From IMG/VR virus record IMGVR_UViG_2795385619_000008, positions 14,166 through 78,165 of that record: 64,000 nucleotides of DNA, one strand, 5' to 3'. Numbering within the stretch: the first letter of the stretch is position 1; every line of letters begins with the position of its first letter. Positions 37,082-46,699 of the stretch are shown piece by piece. The notes beneath the pieces were generated by a model. The model saw only the letters and a list, made by a program, of their open reading frames with translations. It was not told where the DNA came from and ran no database searches. The stretch comes from a virus (taxonomy: Duplodnaviria > Heunggongvirae > Uroviricota > Caudoviricetes). A program made the position numbers and the translations under genes.

Positions 37082-37248
37082 GTTTCCGAACCTTCCTGTT
37101 CATCACCGCGCTTGTGGCCTCGGTGGCGATTGCAACGAGCCTTGGGCCCCCGGGAGTATTTGTGGCGTGGGCGGTTGAGTTCTTGGTTGGCATCGGCGTT
37201 GCTTGGTCCATCCGGAGGGATGTGGATGATGCGAGGCGCGGACGATGA
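37078..37248 (+). CDS. Small membrane protein.
   Basis: Hydrophobic, 56 aa. Confidence 0.35.
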   Translation: MSFRTFLFITALVASVAIATSLGPPGVFVAWAVEFLVGIGVAWSIRRDVDDARRGR

Positions 37249-37445
37249 CCGAGGACCAGGTAGACGTGAGCGACAAGAACCCGATGGTTCCCGCTGACTC
37301 GGCAGGGGCTCGCGAGCGTTGGTCCCGTATCCCGGGCCGCGCGCTGAAGCGCAGCCTTGCCATGGGGCGTGGCGACTACAACCCGAAGCGGTCGCGAGTT
37401 CGCCGTCGCATTCACCGTATCCGTCGACAGAAGGCGTGGCTTTGA
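37245..37445 (+). CDS. Small basic protein.
   Basis: ORF. Confidence 0.3.
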   Translation: MTEDQVDVSDKNPMVPADSAGARERWSRIPGRALKRSLAMGRGDYNPKRSRVRRRIHRIRRQKAWL

Positions 37446-38239
37446 CCACGCTGATCATCGGTTCGACGGCAGCAAGGCACTGGTTTCCTGATTGGCGTGA
37501 GCCCAAGGACGTGGATGCGTTCACCGACAAAGACCAGATCGACGTCTCCATGATCACCGACTGCGGTCTGAAGGGTGACTTCTTCTGGGACGAGCGCCTC
37601 CGCGACCTCATCCATGCAGGCGGGGTCGCTACCCCGGACGAGCTGTACACGATCAAGCATTCGCACGCCTACTGGGAGCTGAAGAACAGCTCCTGGGGTA
37701 AGCACATGACTGACCTGCTGGATCTCAAGCGCAGGGGAGCCAAGCTCATCCCCGCATGGCATGACGTGCTCTACAAGGTTTGGGAAGACCTCCACGGCAA
37801 GAAGCAGGTGGATCTCACCCAGGAGTCGGACGAGTTCTTCACTGACGCGGTGAAGCGCATCTACGACCATGACTCCATCCACCACTCAGTGGCCTACACG
37901 CCCGGGAAGCCCATCTACGACGAGTGCCTGAAGGATGGCAAGTCGGTCCAGATGGACATGGCGAAGGTCTGGGCTATGCCACACGAGCGGATCGTGCAGA
38001 TGTTCCGCGAGGAGATCTGCGTGACCGCGCTGGAGCGGTTGGTGATCCCCAACGACTACAAGTACTCACCCGGGGCGGCATACCAGTGGGCCCTGCGCCG
38101 CACCGTCACTTCCCTGACGAAGGGGAAGAGCGCCCAGTTCATCGTGAGCCACTTCGACGAGTTCCGCGCGCCGGACCTCAACTACGTGCAGTGGCACAAG
38201 GACAACAGCCATTTTCTGAAGCGATTGGAAACCGTATGA
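37436..38239 (+). CDS. Nucleotidyltransferase-like protein.
   Basis: GSTAA...DVDAF motif. Confidence 0.45.
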   Translation: MALTTLIIGSTAARHWFPDWREPKDVDAFTDKDQIDVSMITDCGLKGDFFWDERLRDLIHAGGVATPDELYTIKHSHAYWELKNSSWGKHMTDLLDLKRRGAKLIPAWHDVLYKVWEDLHGKKQVDLTQESDEFFTDAVKRIYDHDSIHHSVAYTPGKPIYDECLKDGKSVQMDMAKVWAMPHERIVQMFREEICVTALERLVIPNDYKYSPGAAYQWALRRTVTSLTKGKSAQFIVSHFDEFRAPDLNYVQWHKDNSHFLKRLETV

Positions 38240-38571
38240 GTTACAACGCAGCTGATATCGACAAGATTGTTGACGGATTCAAGATCGACAAGCCTTGGGT
38301 GTTCTTCTATAACTGCCTCAAAGTTGCGCCTTGGACGCAGCTTGATGGCATCGGCAAGGCCGAGTTCGTCCAGGAGCAAGAGGAGGAGCGCGACTACTGG
38401 AACGAAGGAAGCATCTACTTCGTCTTCAAGGTCACCGACTCCGCTGGGGTGGAGCGCTACTTCCGCAAGTCGGGCGAGTACTCGTCGTATGAGAAGGCCG
38501 AGTACTACGGAAAGCTTGAAGAGGTTAAGGCCGCGAAAGTCCAGCGTCTCGTTTGGGAGAGCGTCCGGTGA
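38236..38571 (+). CDS. Paralog family member 1.
   Basis: Shared FVFKVT..G.ERYFR..GEY motif. Confidence 0.5.
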   Translation: MSYNAADIDKIVDGFKIDKPWVFFYNCLKVAPWTQLDGIGKAEFVQEQEEERDYWNEGSIYFVFKVTDSAGVERYFRKSGEYSSYEKAEYYGKLEEVKAAKVQRLVWESVR

Positions 38572-38903
38572 GCGCCGAACTGATCGACGCCGTGATCCCT
38601 GCAACGTATCCCAGGCCACGTAATTGGTACGGGAGCTGGAACCCGTGGGGCGAATTCTACGAAGCCTTGTCAGAGGGGCCCGTGACGTTGGGTCAACTTG
38701 GCAGCGCCCAGCTTCTATCGCACCACACTCCGCAATACGAGTGGAGCGAGGATAACGACGTGGCGTACTTCGTCTTCTCATTGGGGGAGAGAAGCTTCCG
38801 GCGCGGTGGGTTAGTCGATTCCTACGATGGAGTCGGGTGGCATGGGCCAACTGAAGAGGTTGAGCCAGTGCAGGTTACACGCACTGAGTGGAGGGCGATA
38901 TGA
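38568..38903 (+). CDS. Paralog family member 2, divergent.
   Basis: GTGA overlap. FVFSLGERSFRR. Confidence 0.45.
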   Translation: MSAELIDAVIPATYPRPRNWYGSWNPWGEFYEALSEGPVTLGQLGSAQLLSHHTPQYEWSEDNDVAYFVFSLGERSFRRGGLVDSYDGVGWHGPTEEVEPVQVTRTEWRAI

Positions 38904-39235
38904 GCTACACCATCAAGGATCTCAACAAGGCGATTGAGGACGAGGAGAACTCGTGGGAGGGTTCTTGGTTCGAGTTCGAAGATCGCATTGAGTACGACAG
39001 CGCTGGTGTGGTCGTTCCCAGTATCGGTCGAGCGACCTTTGTCGATCAGTATGGCGGCGAGGGTAAGGGCGAAGACCTCTGGATGATCTTCAAGGTCACG
39101 TCCCTGGACGGCACCGAGCGCTACTTCCGCCGCACTGGCTATTGGGCGTCCTTCAGTGGTGGCGAATACGACGGCCCCACAAGAGAAGTGAAGGCAACAC
39201 AGAAGCTCGTGACCGTTTATGAGGAGATCAAGTGA
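38900..39235 (+). CDS. Paralog family member 3.
   Basis: MSYTIKDL.. IFKVTSLDGTERYFRRTGYWASFSGGEYDGPT. Confidence 0.5.
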   Translation: MSYTIKDLNKAIEDEENSWEGSWFEFEDRIEYDSAGVVVPSIGRATFVDQYGGEGKGEDLWMIFKVTSLDGTERYFRRTGYWASFSGGEYDGPTREVKATQKLVTVYEEIK

Positions 39236-39636
39236 GTTACACCATCGGAGAGCTCGACGAAGCGATCGAGAACGAAGCGGACGAGTGGGGCGGATCCTGG
39301 CATGAGTTCCGCGAGGCAGTCGACCAAACGCATGAATACCGCCGTGATGCGGATGGCAACTTCGTGCGTGACGCGGAAGGTCTGATCATCCGAGACCTGC
39401 TTGAGGTTCCCGGTGCGGAGATCCCTGGCATTGGACAGGCGGTCCTGGTGGATGACTTCGGCGGTGAAGGCCAGGGTGATCAGTACTGGTTCGTCTTCAA
39501 GGTCACCAACGCCGATGGTGAGCGCTTCTTCCGTCGCAATGGCTACTATGCCTCGTTCCATGGCGGGGACTACGACGGCCCGACTGATGAGGTTGTGGCG
39601 CGTGAGAAGACGATCAAGGTCTGGGTGAAGAAGTGA
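39232..39636 (+). CDS. Paralog family member 4.
   Basis: MSYTIGEL.. FVFKVTNADGERFFRRNGYYASFHGGDYDGPT. Confidence 0.5.
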   Translation: MSYTIGELDEAIENEADEWGGSWHEFREAVDQTHEYRRDADGNFVRDAEGLIIRDLLEVPGAEIPGIGQAVLVDDFGGEGQGDQYWFVFKVTNADGERFFRRNGYYASFHGGDYDGPTDEVVAREKTIKVWVKK

Positions 39637-39818
39637 CCCCAGAAGCGATCACCGAAGTCGCGCGCCAGATCGCAATCGAGCACCTGGAAGACGGAATCGA
39701 GTTCAGCTCCGTCTATGAGCGCGACGAGCTCCTTGAGGTAGACGAGGACGTGATGCGCGAGATTCACGACAAAGTAAACGAATTCTTGGACGAAGCAGCA
39801 AGGGATATTGGCGCGTGA
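39633..39818 (+). CDS. Small acidic protein.
   Basis: ORF. Confidence 0.3.
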   Translation: MTPEAITEVARQIAIEHLEDGIEFSSVYERDELLEVDEDVMREIHDKVNEFLDEAARDIGA

Positions 39819-40033
39819 TCGTTGAATCTGACATGGTCCGCGAAGTCATCCGATACCACCTCCTGGAATCTCTAGGAACGTTCGAAGTCAGTGACCTCAT
39901 AGGCAATCTCGCGGACCCCGAGGAATCTGATGAGTACGACGACAGCGAGTGGGAAGAGCTGGCAGAGAGGGTTGCGGACGAGGTCCACTGCCAACTGCGT
40001 AGCGCATGGGACAATTTGAAGGAATCACTATGA
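39815..40033 (+). CDS. Small acidic protein.
   Basis: ORF. Confidence 0.3.
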   Translation: MIVESDMVREVIRYHLLESLGTFEVSDLIGNLADPEESDEYDDSEWEELAERVADEVHCQLRSAWDNLKESL

Positions 40034-40623
40034 GTGTCGGCGAAGTGATCACCACCTCCTCCACTGGAGGACAGAAGGCTGGCAACGACATTCGCATGTC
40101 GCTGGTCCCGATCGAGATCCTTGATGTCGCTGAGCTGTACGGCAAGGGTGCGAAGAAGTACGCGGATCACAACTGGCGTAAGGGCTATGAGTGGTCTAAG
40201 TCGTATGACGCGATGATGCGCCACGCCATGGCTTGGTGGGATGGCGAAGAGTTCGACAACGGCGAGGGTGGAACCGGACTGGAGCACCTCACTGCGGTCA
40301 TCTTCCATGCCCTGGCATTGATGTACTTCCGCAAGAATTTCCCTGAGTTTGACGACCGCTTCAAGGGGCCGGATAAGACGGCGTTGAAGGTGGGGAAGGC
40401 CGTCTTCCCGAAGCTTCCCCACCCTAAGCAGGTTGACGCGCTGAACGAAGAGTGGATGCGCCAGTACGTCTGGAATGCCAAAGCGGGTCAGTACAGTTGG
40501 CGCCAGGTGGGGGACTCCTTTGCCTGGTACTACCGGGGAACGGATGGCAGCTTGCGTTACTCTGGTGAGAACTGTTTTGGCCTCGGGGAGCATTCTTCGA
40601 ACGGCCCATTCACCCGCGACTAA
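40030..40623 (+). CDS. Hypothetical protein, possibly nucleotide-pyrophosphohydrolase-like.
   Basis: ORF. Confidence 0.4.
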   Translation: MSVGEVITTSSTGGQKAGNDIRMSLVPIEILDVAELYGKGAKKYADHNWRKGYEWSKSYDAMMRHAMAWWDGEEFDNGEGGTGLEHLTAVIFHALALMYFRKNFPEFDDRFKGPDKTALKVGKAVFPKLPHPKQVDALNEEWMRQYVWNAKAGQYSWRQVGDSFAWYYRGTDGSLRYSGENCFGLGEHSSNGPFTRD

Positions 40624-40844
40624 TGCGCTATTCCGAAAAGGGCTGGATCGGCCTGGTGGCGTACATCGCTGCCGTTGAATACTTTGCGCCCGAAGATGAG
40701 AAGCTCAGTCACCAGTTCGATAGGTGGCTGAGCTCTCGTCTTGGTTGGGCCATTTGTCATGCTGCAGTGGCTATTACAGGGTTGCATCTTCTGAATTACT
40801 TGAGCGAGAAGGTCGACCCATACGCGGGTTTTGGCCGAAAATAG
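40623..40844 (+). CDS. Small membrane protein.
   Basis: Predicted transmembrane segments. Confidence 0.35.
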   Translation: MRYSEKGWIGLVAYIAAVEYFAPEDEKLSHQFDRWLSSRLGWAICHAAVAITGLHLLNYLSEKVDPYAGFGRK

Positions 40845-40855
40845 CTACCCACATG

Positions 40856-40867
40856 AACCCAGCATGC
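40856..40867 (-). promoter_or_regulatory. Motif copy ACCCACATGAAC whose ATG is the start of the gene at 40862.
   Basis: Exact. Confidence 0.5.
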
Positions 40868-41122
40868 CGAAATACACTGGGACACATGGAAACTTTTAAA
40901 ACACCAGGGACACAGCTCCCATTCCATTACTCCAATGGACACGTCACCGTCGCACTGGAGGATGGACGTTACCTCCTGATCGTCGCAGGCCCCGACACGC
41001 TCGTAGCGTCTCCAAAGAGCGCCTGGGTGCAGACCGTGGAAGAGCGCAACGAAATGGCTGACAGGCTGCTCGAGGCCCTTCTCACTGGTACGACCCTCGA
41101 CTGCTTCGCGGCCTCCGAGTGA
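40862..41122 (+). CDS. Hypothetical protein beginning MNP.
   Basis: ORF. Confidence 0.4.
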   Translation, partial: ACRNTLGHMETFKTPGTQLPFHYSNGHVTVALEDGRYLLIVAGPDTLVASPKSAWVQTVEERNEMADRLLEALLTGTTLDCFAASE

Positions 41123-41352
41123 GCGCTACGGGCGAGTTCGAGCATTTCGGTCAGCTCGAAGCCATCAAGACGGATATGGGCGTGACTATCCGCGTCACCG
41201 AGAACATCTTCGTTCAGGTACTTGCTCACGAGAGCGGTGACGTACATGCCTTCCTCATGTCTGGTGAGCAATTGCGCTCCATGACAGGAGAATTCGTCGC
41301 CCATTGGGATGGGCTCGACATCGCGAAGCTCGAAAAGCAGTTCCAGAACTGA
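41119..41352 (+). CDS. Hypothetical protein.
   Basis: GTGA overlap. Confidence 0.35.
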   Translation: MSATGEFEHFGQLEAIKTDMGVTIRVTENIFVQVLAHESGDVHAFLMSGEQLRSMTGEFVAHWDGLDIAKLEKQFQN

Positions 41353-41366
41353 GATAGGCGAATACA

Positions 41367-42172
41367 TGACGGATGCGAAGATCCTGGCCATCGATATCGA
41401 GCGCCAGTCGGCTTTGGTCGACGGTGTGTGGGAAGGGAAGCAGTACGGCAGTTGGATTGCCCCTGAACGTGTTATCGAGCCACCTCGCACCATCTGCTTT
41501 GCCTACCGGTGGATTGACGATCCTGACCACAAGACACAGTTCGTCGCCGAATGGGATGGAAACCTCCCGCAGGATAACGAGTCCCACACCCCGGGCGGTG
41601 GCCATCAGTCAATGGTGGAGGAAGCCTGGGATCTCCTTTCGGCAGCGGACTACGTCGTCGGTTACAACAGCAAGAACTTCGACGTCAAGCACCTCAACAC
41701 AGCGTTCTGGTACTACGACCTCACCCCACCTGCACCCCATGTGGATATCGACCTCATGAAGGAGATCGCTCGGAACTTTAACCCGTACGCCAAGTCGATG
41801 CGATACGTCGCGAAGGCAAAGGCTATGGACGGCAAGGAAGAAACCGAGAAGGGCCTGTGGCGCACACTGCGCTTCGGTCAAGGTGACGTGCTTCGTCGTG
41901 CGCGAAGGTCGATGAAGAAGTACAACATCCGCGATGTAGACCAGACTGTCGAGCTCTTCTACGACTCGCGACCATGGTTGCGAGGCATGAACCTCGGCAT
42001 GTGGGAGACGGACGGTGAGATGCACTGTCCAAATTGCAGTTCCACGCACATTACCCGCCAGGGGACACGGAAGTCCGCTACTCGTGAATACGCCAGGTTC
42101 CAATGCCAGGAGTGCGGCAAGTGGTTGCGCGATGTCAAGTCCATGAAATCTATTGAAGTAGTGGGAGTTTAG
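41367..42172 (+). CDS. DnaQ-like (DEDD) 3-5 exonuclease with a C-terminal Zn ribbon.
   Basis: Exo motifs LAIDIE, YNSKNFD, YNIRDV. CPNC...CQEC. Confidence 0.6.
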
Positions 42173-42173
42173 T

Positions 42174-42383
42174 ATGAGTTCACAGATTGTTACCACGTTC
42201 AAGATCGTGGGCAAAACCGTGGATATCGGTTTCACGGGTATCCCCATCGAGTCATCCGGCCAGTTCTTCTCGTGGCTTGGCACGGACGCGGGAATCAACG
42301 CACTCGCTGACGCCTTCGTCGCAGCCGCGAAAGACTCGGGCGCCTTCCCTGAGGAGTTCATCGCCGAATTGGAGCAGATCTAG
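42174..42383 (+). CDS. Hypothetical protein.
   Basis: ORF. Confidence 0.35.
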   Translation: MSSQIVTTFKIVGKTVDIGFTGIPIESSGQFFSWLGTDAGINALADAFVAAAKDSGAFPEEFIAELEQI

Positions 42384-42599
42384 GTGAGTTTGCGCCCTGA
42401 CGACACGGTGCTCATCCGCCAGCTCGAAGAGGTATTCGTCAGTGAGCTTGACCGGCAGTACTTGGACGGCGAGATCGAGGAAACCACCACGGGTGAAGTG
42501 TATTTCGACGCCGTGGATGGAGAGCTGAGCGGTCGCCCGGACTGGTACAAGGCAGTCACCAAGGTGATGGAGGCCTACTGGGCTGAGGAAGGACGTTGA
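42384..42599 (+). CDS. Hypothetical protein.
   Basis: ORF. Confidence 0.35.
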   Translation: MSLRPDDTVLIRQLEEVFVSELDRQYLDGEIEETTTGEVYFDAVDGELSGRPDWYKAVTKVMEAYWAEEGR

Positions 42600-43120
42600 T
42601 GGGGAAGCTGAATGTGGATCATCTAGATCCCACTGCGATTGACATCTCCACTAACCCTCTCGAGCGCCGTATGCGCGGCACCACCGCTCACGGCTGGATC
42701 CCGTTCGACGTTCCGTACATGACGGAGATCGGTGAGAACCTCTGGCAGGGTGGATGCGAGACAGGTCTGAAGCTTCCCGGGAACATCAAGCACCTTGTGT
42801 CCCTGTATCCGTGGGAGCGCTACAAGACTCACGAGCATCTCGCCTCGGAGCTTTACGTCACCATGTATGACTCAACAGGGCAGGACACCTCGCAGGTTGA
42901 GGAGATCGCCCTCTGGGTTGCCGCTAAGAGACGTACCGGCCCCGTGCTCGTTCATTGCCAAGCCGGACTAAACCGGTCAGCTCTGATTGCGGCCCGCGCA
43001 CTTTGGCTTGACGGGGAAATCGGTACCGGCAAGGAGATCGTTGAGCACCTTCGTGCCACTCGATCGCCAGCGGTTCTATGCAACCCTGCGTTCGAAGCTG
43101 AGGTGCTGTCGTGGGTGTGA
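42599..43120 (+). CDS. Cys-based protein phosphatase (dual-specificity or tyrosine).
   Basis: CX5R motif HCQAGLNRS. Confidence 0.65.
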   Translation: MGKLNVDHLDPTAIDISTNPLERRMRGTTAHGWIPFDVPYMTEIGENLWQGGCETGLKLPGNIKHLVSLYPWERYKTHEHLASELYVTMYDSTGQDTSQVEEIALWVAAKRRTGPVLVHCQAGLNRSALIAARALWLDGEIGTGKEIVEHLRATRSPAVLCNPAFEAEVLSWV

Positions 43121-43683
43121 CCGGATACAGGAAGCCCTGGAAGACCCCGATGGACACCTGGCCGGAAGTGGAGACGCCTGCGCTGGTGTGGAAGCAGGTC
43201 CCATTTTTGGAGGAACGCTTCCAAGTATCCAACACGGGGCAGGTTCGCACGCGCCCCTACCACAAGGAGTACGTGCGGAAGGATGGCACTACATTCGCCC
43301 GTCACTACCGAGGTCGCCTGCTGATCCAGCGGGTTGGCGGCGGGGGAGGTGGCCGACACCTTCTGAACGACCACCTGTATGTGTCGATCTACCGAGGTTC
43401 GGGCCGCGAAAGCAGCTGGACCCAAGACCACCGAGTCGACACCCTCGTTGCGTCAGCATTCCACGGACTGCCATACGACCGCAATGACCGCAGCGCATGC
43501 CAGCTCTGGCGAGTCCAGCATCTTGACGGCGACCCCGACAACTGCAGCGCGGAGAACCTGAAATGGGTGCACAGCTTCGGTAGTGGGGATATCCAGTCCC
43601 GCTACAACGAGCAGCTGACGAAGTGGGAAGCCCATGACGTGTCTGTCGAGTCCTTTATGGACCGCTTCTACTCGGTCGCATGA
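43111..43683 (+). CDS. HNH endonuclease.
   Basis: HLDGDPDNCSAENL motif. Confidence 0.55.
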   Translation: MGVTGYRKPWKTPMDTWPEVETPALVWKQVPFLEERFQVSNTGQVRTRPYHKEYVRKDGTTFARHYRGRLLIQRVGGGGGGRHLLNDHLYVSIYRGSGRESSWTQDHRVDTLVASAFHGLPYDRNDRSACQLWRVQHLDGDPDNCSAENLKWVHSFGSGDIQSRYNEQLTKWEAHDVSVESFMDRFYSVA

Positions 43684-43788
43684 AGCGACTAATTGAGTTC
43701 TACCGCAGGTTGTTTCACTTCCGGCGCGGGGCTCAACGTCCCGTGACCGTAGCCGAACTACTCACCAACAAACTCTAGGAGAACGCTT

Positions 43789-44649
43789 ATGCCGCCCACA
43801 ATGTGGATCACCCTGATCCTGCTCATCATTGGTGCTGTTGCTTTGGTTGCGACACCGATGCTGCGTAAAGAAGATCGCCCAGCCTCCCTCCTAGTAACTG
43901 GAGTCGCGGGAGTGCTTGCGCTTGTTTTCGGCATCTTCGCCTCGATTACCACCGTTGGTACTCGCCAGATCGGTATCGAGACCACCTTTGGCCGACCCAA
44001 CGGATCGACACTGTCGAACGGCCTGCATTTCAAGGCTCCATGGGCGCAGGTCACTGAGATGGATGGTGCTATCCAGATTGACCAGCACAAGGGCGACAAC
44101 CGCGTGAAGGTTCGTCTTGGCAACTCGTCGACTGCTGACGCCGACGTTTCAGTCCGTTGGCAGATCAAGCAGGACGCCACCCCAGAACTGTTCGTGCAGT
44201 ACAAGACATTCGACAACGTACGAACCAACCTGGTTACCCGTAACCTGCAGGTTGCGCTGAACGAGGTGTTCGCGACGTTCGACCCTTTGGCACCAAAGAA
44301 TCTCGACAAGTCTCCACTGCCGGAACTATCGGAGCAGGCCCGCAAGATCCTTGCCGAAAAGGTGGGCACCCAAGTCGAAATCTTGGACGTAGCTGTCCCG
44401 ACGATCGACTACGACGAGGGCACGGAAGCCAAGATCAACCAGATCAACCAGGCTCGCGCCGCAACCTCGGTAGCCCTCCAGGATCAGCAGACCGCGCTGG
44501 CCCAAGCGGACGCTAACAAGAAGCTTGCCGACTCGGTGTCTCATGATCCCAACGTCCTTGTCTCCAAGTGCTTGGACATTGCTAAGGAGAGAGGCCTCGC
44601 GCTCCTCTGCTGGCCGACACCAGTCCTGCCAACCGTCCCCACCAAGTAG
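43789..44649 (+). CDS. SPFH/band-7 (prohibitin-like) membrane protein.
   Basis: N-terminal transmembrane segment and band-7 core. Confidence 0.65.
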   Translation: MPPTMWITLILLIIGAVALVATPMLRKEDRPASLLVTGVAGVLALVFGIFASITTVGTRQIGIETTFGRPNGSTLSNGLHFKAPWAQVTEMDGAIQIDQHKGDNRVKVRLGNSSTADADVSVRWQIKQDATPELFVQYKTFDNVRTNLVTRNLQVALNEVFATFDPLAPKNLDKSPLPELSEQARKILAEKVGTQVEILDVAVPTIDYDEGTEAKINQINQARAATSVALQDQQTALAQADANKKLADSVSHDPNVLVSKCLDIAKERGLALLCWPTPVLPTVPTK

Positions 44650-44657
44650 GTGGGGAC

Positions 44658-44903
44658 GTGTCCGACGTTGATGTGATGGCCGCGCTGGTCCTCCAGCATT
44701 CAACCGCCAGGGTGCAAGACCGATGGGGTGACTGGAAGAGCCATTACGTGACAGAGTCGTCGGCGAAGAAGTCCGCAGAAGCACTCTACGCGGCTGGATT
44801 CCGTCTGACTGTAGATGACACTGACAGGACCCAGAACTCGCGTCTAGATGAGCTTGAGCGCCGTCTAGTGCGCCTTGAAGGTTGGGCTGGGTTGCCGCTG
44901 TGA
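44658..44903 (+). CDS. Hypothetical protein.
   Basis: ORF. Confidence 0.3.
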   Translation: MSDVDVMAALVLQHSTARVQDRWGDWKSHYVTESSAKKSAEALYAAGFRLTVDDTDRTQNSRLDELERRLVRLEGWAGLPL

Positions 44904-45298
44904 GCAGGCTACTGGTGGTGGCAGACGACACCCGAAAGAAGCCGACTGTCGTCTGCTGGTGGCGTCATGAGCTGCAGGAGCAGGCGGGCACCGGCTACAT
45001 CAGCATCACTCGGCTAGCGGTTGATGGTGGAACGGATTGGAAGGACCCGTGGGCAGGGAGCATCGAATATTTCGATGGCCGCGATGACTGGATCTTTCCC
45101 TACGCCCACCGGGTCACACCCAAGAAGTCTGTAATAGATAGGTATCCCGTCAAGCTCGACATTGTCGAAATCGTCAAAGAGCGCTACTTCCTAGATATCC
45201 TTGATGTGGCTTGGCCGGGGCACGGATGGTTTCGGCTGGGCAAGAACGGAATTCACCACCCGGACGACTACAAAGAGTCAACCTATGACTGGCGCTGA
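44900..45298 (+). CDS. Hypothetical protein.
   Basis: GTGA overlap. Confidence 0.35.
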   Translation: MSRLLVVADDTRKKPTVVCWWRHELQEQAGTGYISITRLAVDGGTDWKDPWAGSIEYFDGRDDWIFPYAHRVTPKKSVIDRYPVKLDIVEIVKERYFLDILDVAWPGHGWFRLGKNGIHHPDDYKESTYDWR

Positions 45299-45497
45299 GA
45301 TTTATGACCTCTGGCGTCCTTGTGGCTCGAAGTACTGGTACGAGCTGGAGCACGAAGAGCAGCTTCGTTGGGAAGACCTGTCACACAGCCTCAGTAGCAC
45401 TAGGGGGCCTGATTACCGGCGCGGTTATGACACCGGGTACAGCGAGGGATACGACATGGGCTACAGCGATGCGGAGAGTGAAGCTGACAGATCGTGA
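45286..45497 (+). CDS. Hypothetical protein.
   Basis: ORF. Confidence 0.3.
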
Positions 45498-45518
45498 GAT
45501 AATGGGTAGAGGAACCCA

Positions 45519-45836
45519 TTGCCGACTTCATCGAAGAACGGCCCGCGCTCTCTCGGTCGCACTGGAGTCAAGTTCGACAAGGCGAAAGCCCGAGTACTAC
45601 GGGCGAACCAGATCTGCGACGAGTGCCATGAAATCATCGACCTAACCCTTCCATGGCCCGATCCTAAGAGCGCGACCGTTGACCATGTTATCCCCGTGAA
45701 AGATCTCGCGTGGGACGACCCGTTGTGCTACGACGTTTCGAATCTCGTTCCCTGCCATCTGGTTTGCAACCAGCGCCGAGGCGGGAAGGCCAAGAAGAAG
45801 GTCAAGCACCCCACCTCGCGTAACTGGCGAGAATAG
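45519..45836 (+). CDS. HNH endonuclease.
   Basis: CDECH...DHVIPV...CHLVCNQRRG. Confidence 0.6.
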   Translation: MPTSSKNGPRSLGRTGVKFDKAKARVLRANQICDECHEIIDLTLPWPDPKSATVDHVIPVKDLAWDDPLCYDVSNLVPCHLVCNQRRGGKAKKKVKHPTSRNWRE

Positions 45837-45913
45837 AGCCAGCAAACACGTGCTATCATTAATGTGTAAGCACAGTGTCTGTGCATCAAAGACTTTCACG
45901 CAAGGACTCTCAA

Positions 45914-46093
45914 ATGGCTAACCAGACCAACAAGCCAGTGGCCGGTACCCCGCAGGCGGATCTCTTCCGCTCGCAGGTGGTCGAGGCCATTTATGGGTCG
46001 GCTGACCGCGACAAGTGGTCACAGGCGAAGGCTCATGGATGGTGGAACGGCACCACTCCCGCGAACGACGGAACCTTCCCAACCCCGCAGTAA
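45914..46093 (+). CDS. Small hypothetical protein.
   Basis: ORF. Confidence 0.3.
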   Translation: MANQTNKPVAGTPQADLFRSQVVEAIYGSADRDKWSQAKAHGWWNGTTPANDGTFPTPQ

Positions 46094-46160
46094 GCACTGA
46101 CTTCTCGGCGTTTGGGCCCCGGTTCCTCAGTGGATCGGGGCCCATTTTTATTCGCCAGAG

Positions 46161-46172
46161 GTTCATGTGGGT
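46161..46172 (+). promoter_or_regulatory. Motif copy GGTTCATGTGGGTAG at the entrance to the RNA island.
   Basis: Exact. Confidence 0.5.
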
Positions 46173-46227
46173 AGGTCGTAAACTGAGTTCAGCAAGAGGG
46201 GCTACCAGGGCCTGAAAATCTGGAAAT

Positions 46228-46298
46228 TCGGATGTGGTCCAGTGGCAGGACAGCGGCTTCCAAACCCGCCAACGGGAGTTCGATTCTCTCCATCCGGG
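46228..46298 (+). tRNA. tRNA-Trp (CCA).
   Basis: Hand-folded cloverleaf. Acceptor TCGGATG/CATCCGG, T-loop TTCGATT, anticodon loop TTCCAAA. Confidence 0.6.
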
Positions 46299-46353
46299 CA
46301 ATGCCTTTGTGTGGCATGACATTTGAAAACTCCATAGAGATAGTAGTTTCAAT

Positions 46354-46699
46354 GGGGCTGACAGGCATTCGATTGCGTGTCAACTTACTGAGAAGCGTGC
46401 CGGGAAGCAACGCCCGCAACAGTGCAACCTTGATAAGCGCAAACGCTCATCAGTCCGACTACGTCCTAGCGGCGTAGTCCGTTGGGGTACAACGGTTCAC
46501 CCGTTCCTTGTACCAATCCACCGTCGCCAATACGGGGAACCCTCTGGCTCACGCCGTCGCACAGAGGCTAAACGTGCTGCGGCAGAACCCTCGTATCAGG
46601 CTGCCCAGCCAAACCGGAGGTAAACGGTATAACAGGGATACGCACGTAGAAGGCAGTGAAGAGAAGCGCAAGACTGCGGTTCAATTCCGCACAGCTCCA
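46354..46699 (+). ncRNA. ssrA: tmRNA (SsrA) encoding the tag ANAHQSDYVLAA.
   Basis: 5-prime GGGGCTG pairs with 3-prime CAGCTCC-A. T-arm TGCGG-TTCAATT-CCGCA. Tag ORF GCA AAC GCT CAT CAG TCC GAC TAC GTC CTA GCG GCG TAG at 46439-46477. Confidence 0.8.

Noticed and set aside
46300-46353. A possible tRNA between tRNA-Trp and the tmRNA.
   Set aside because: No D-stem or T-arm complementarity could be found. It is treated as spacer.
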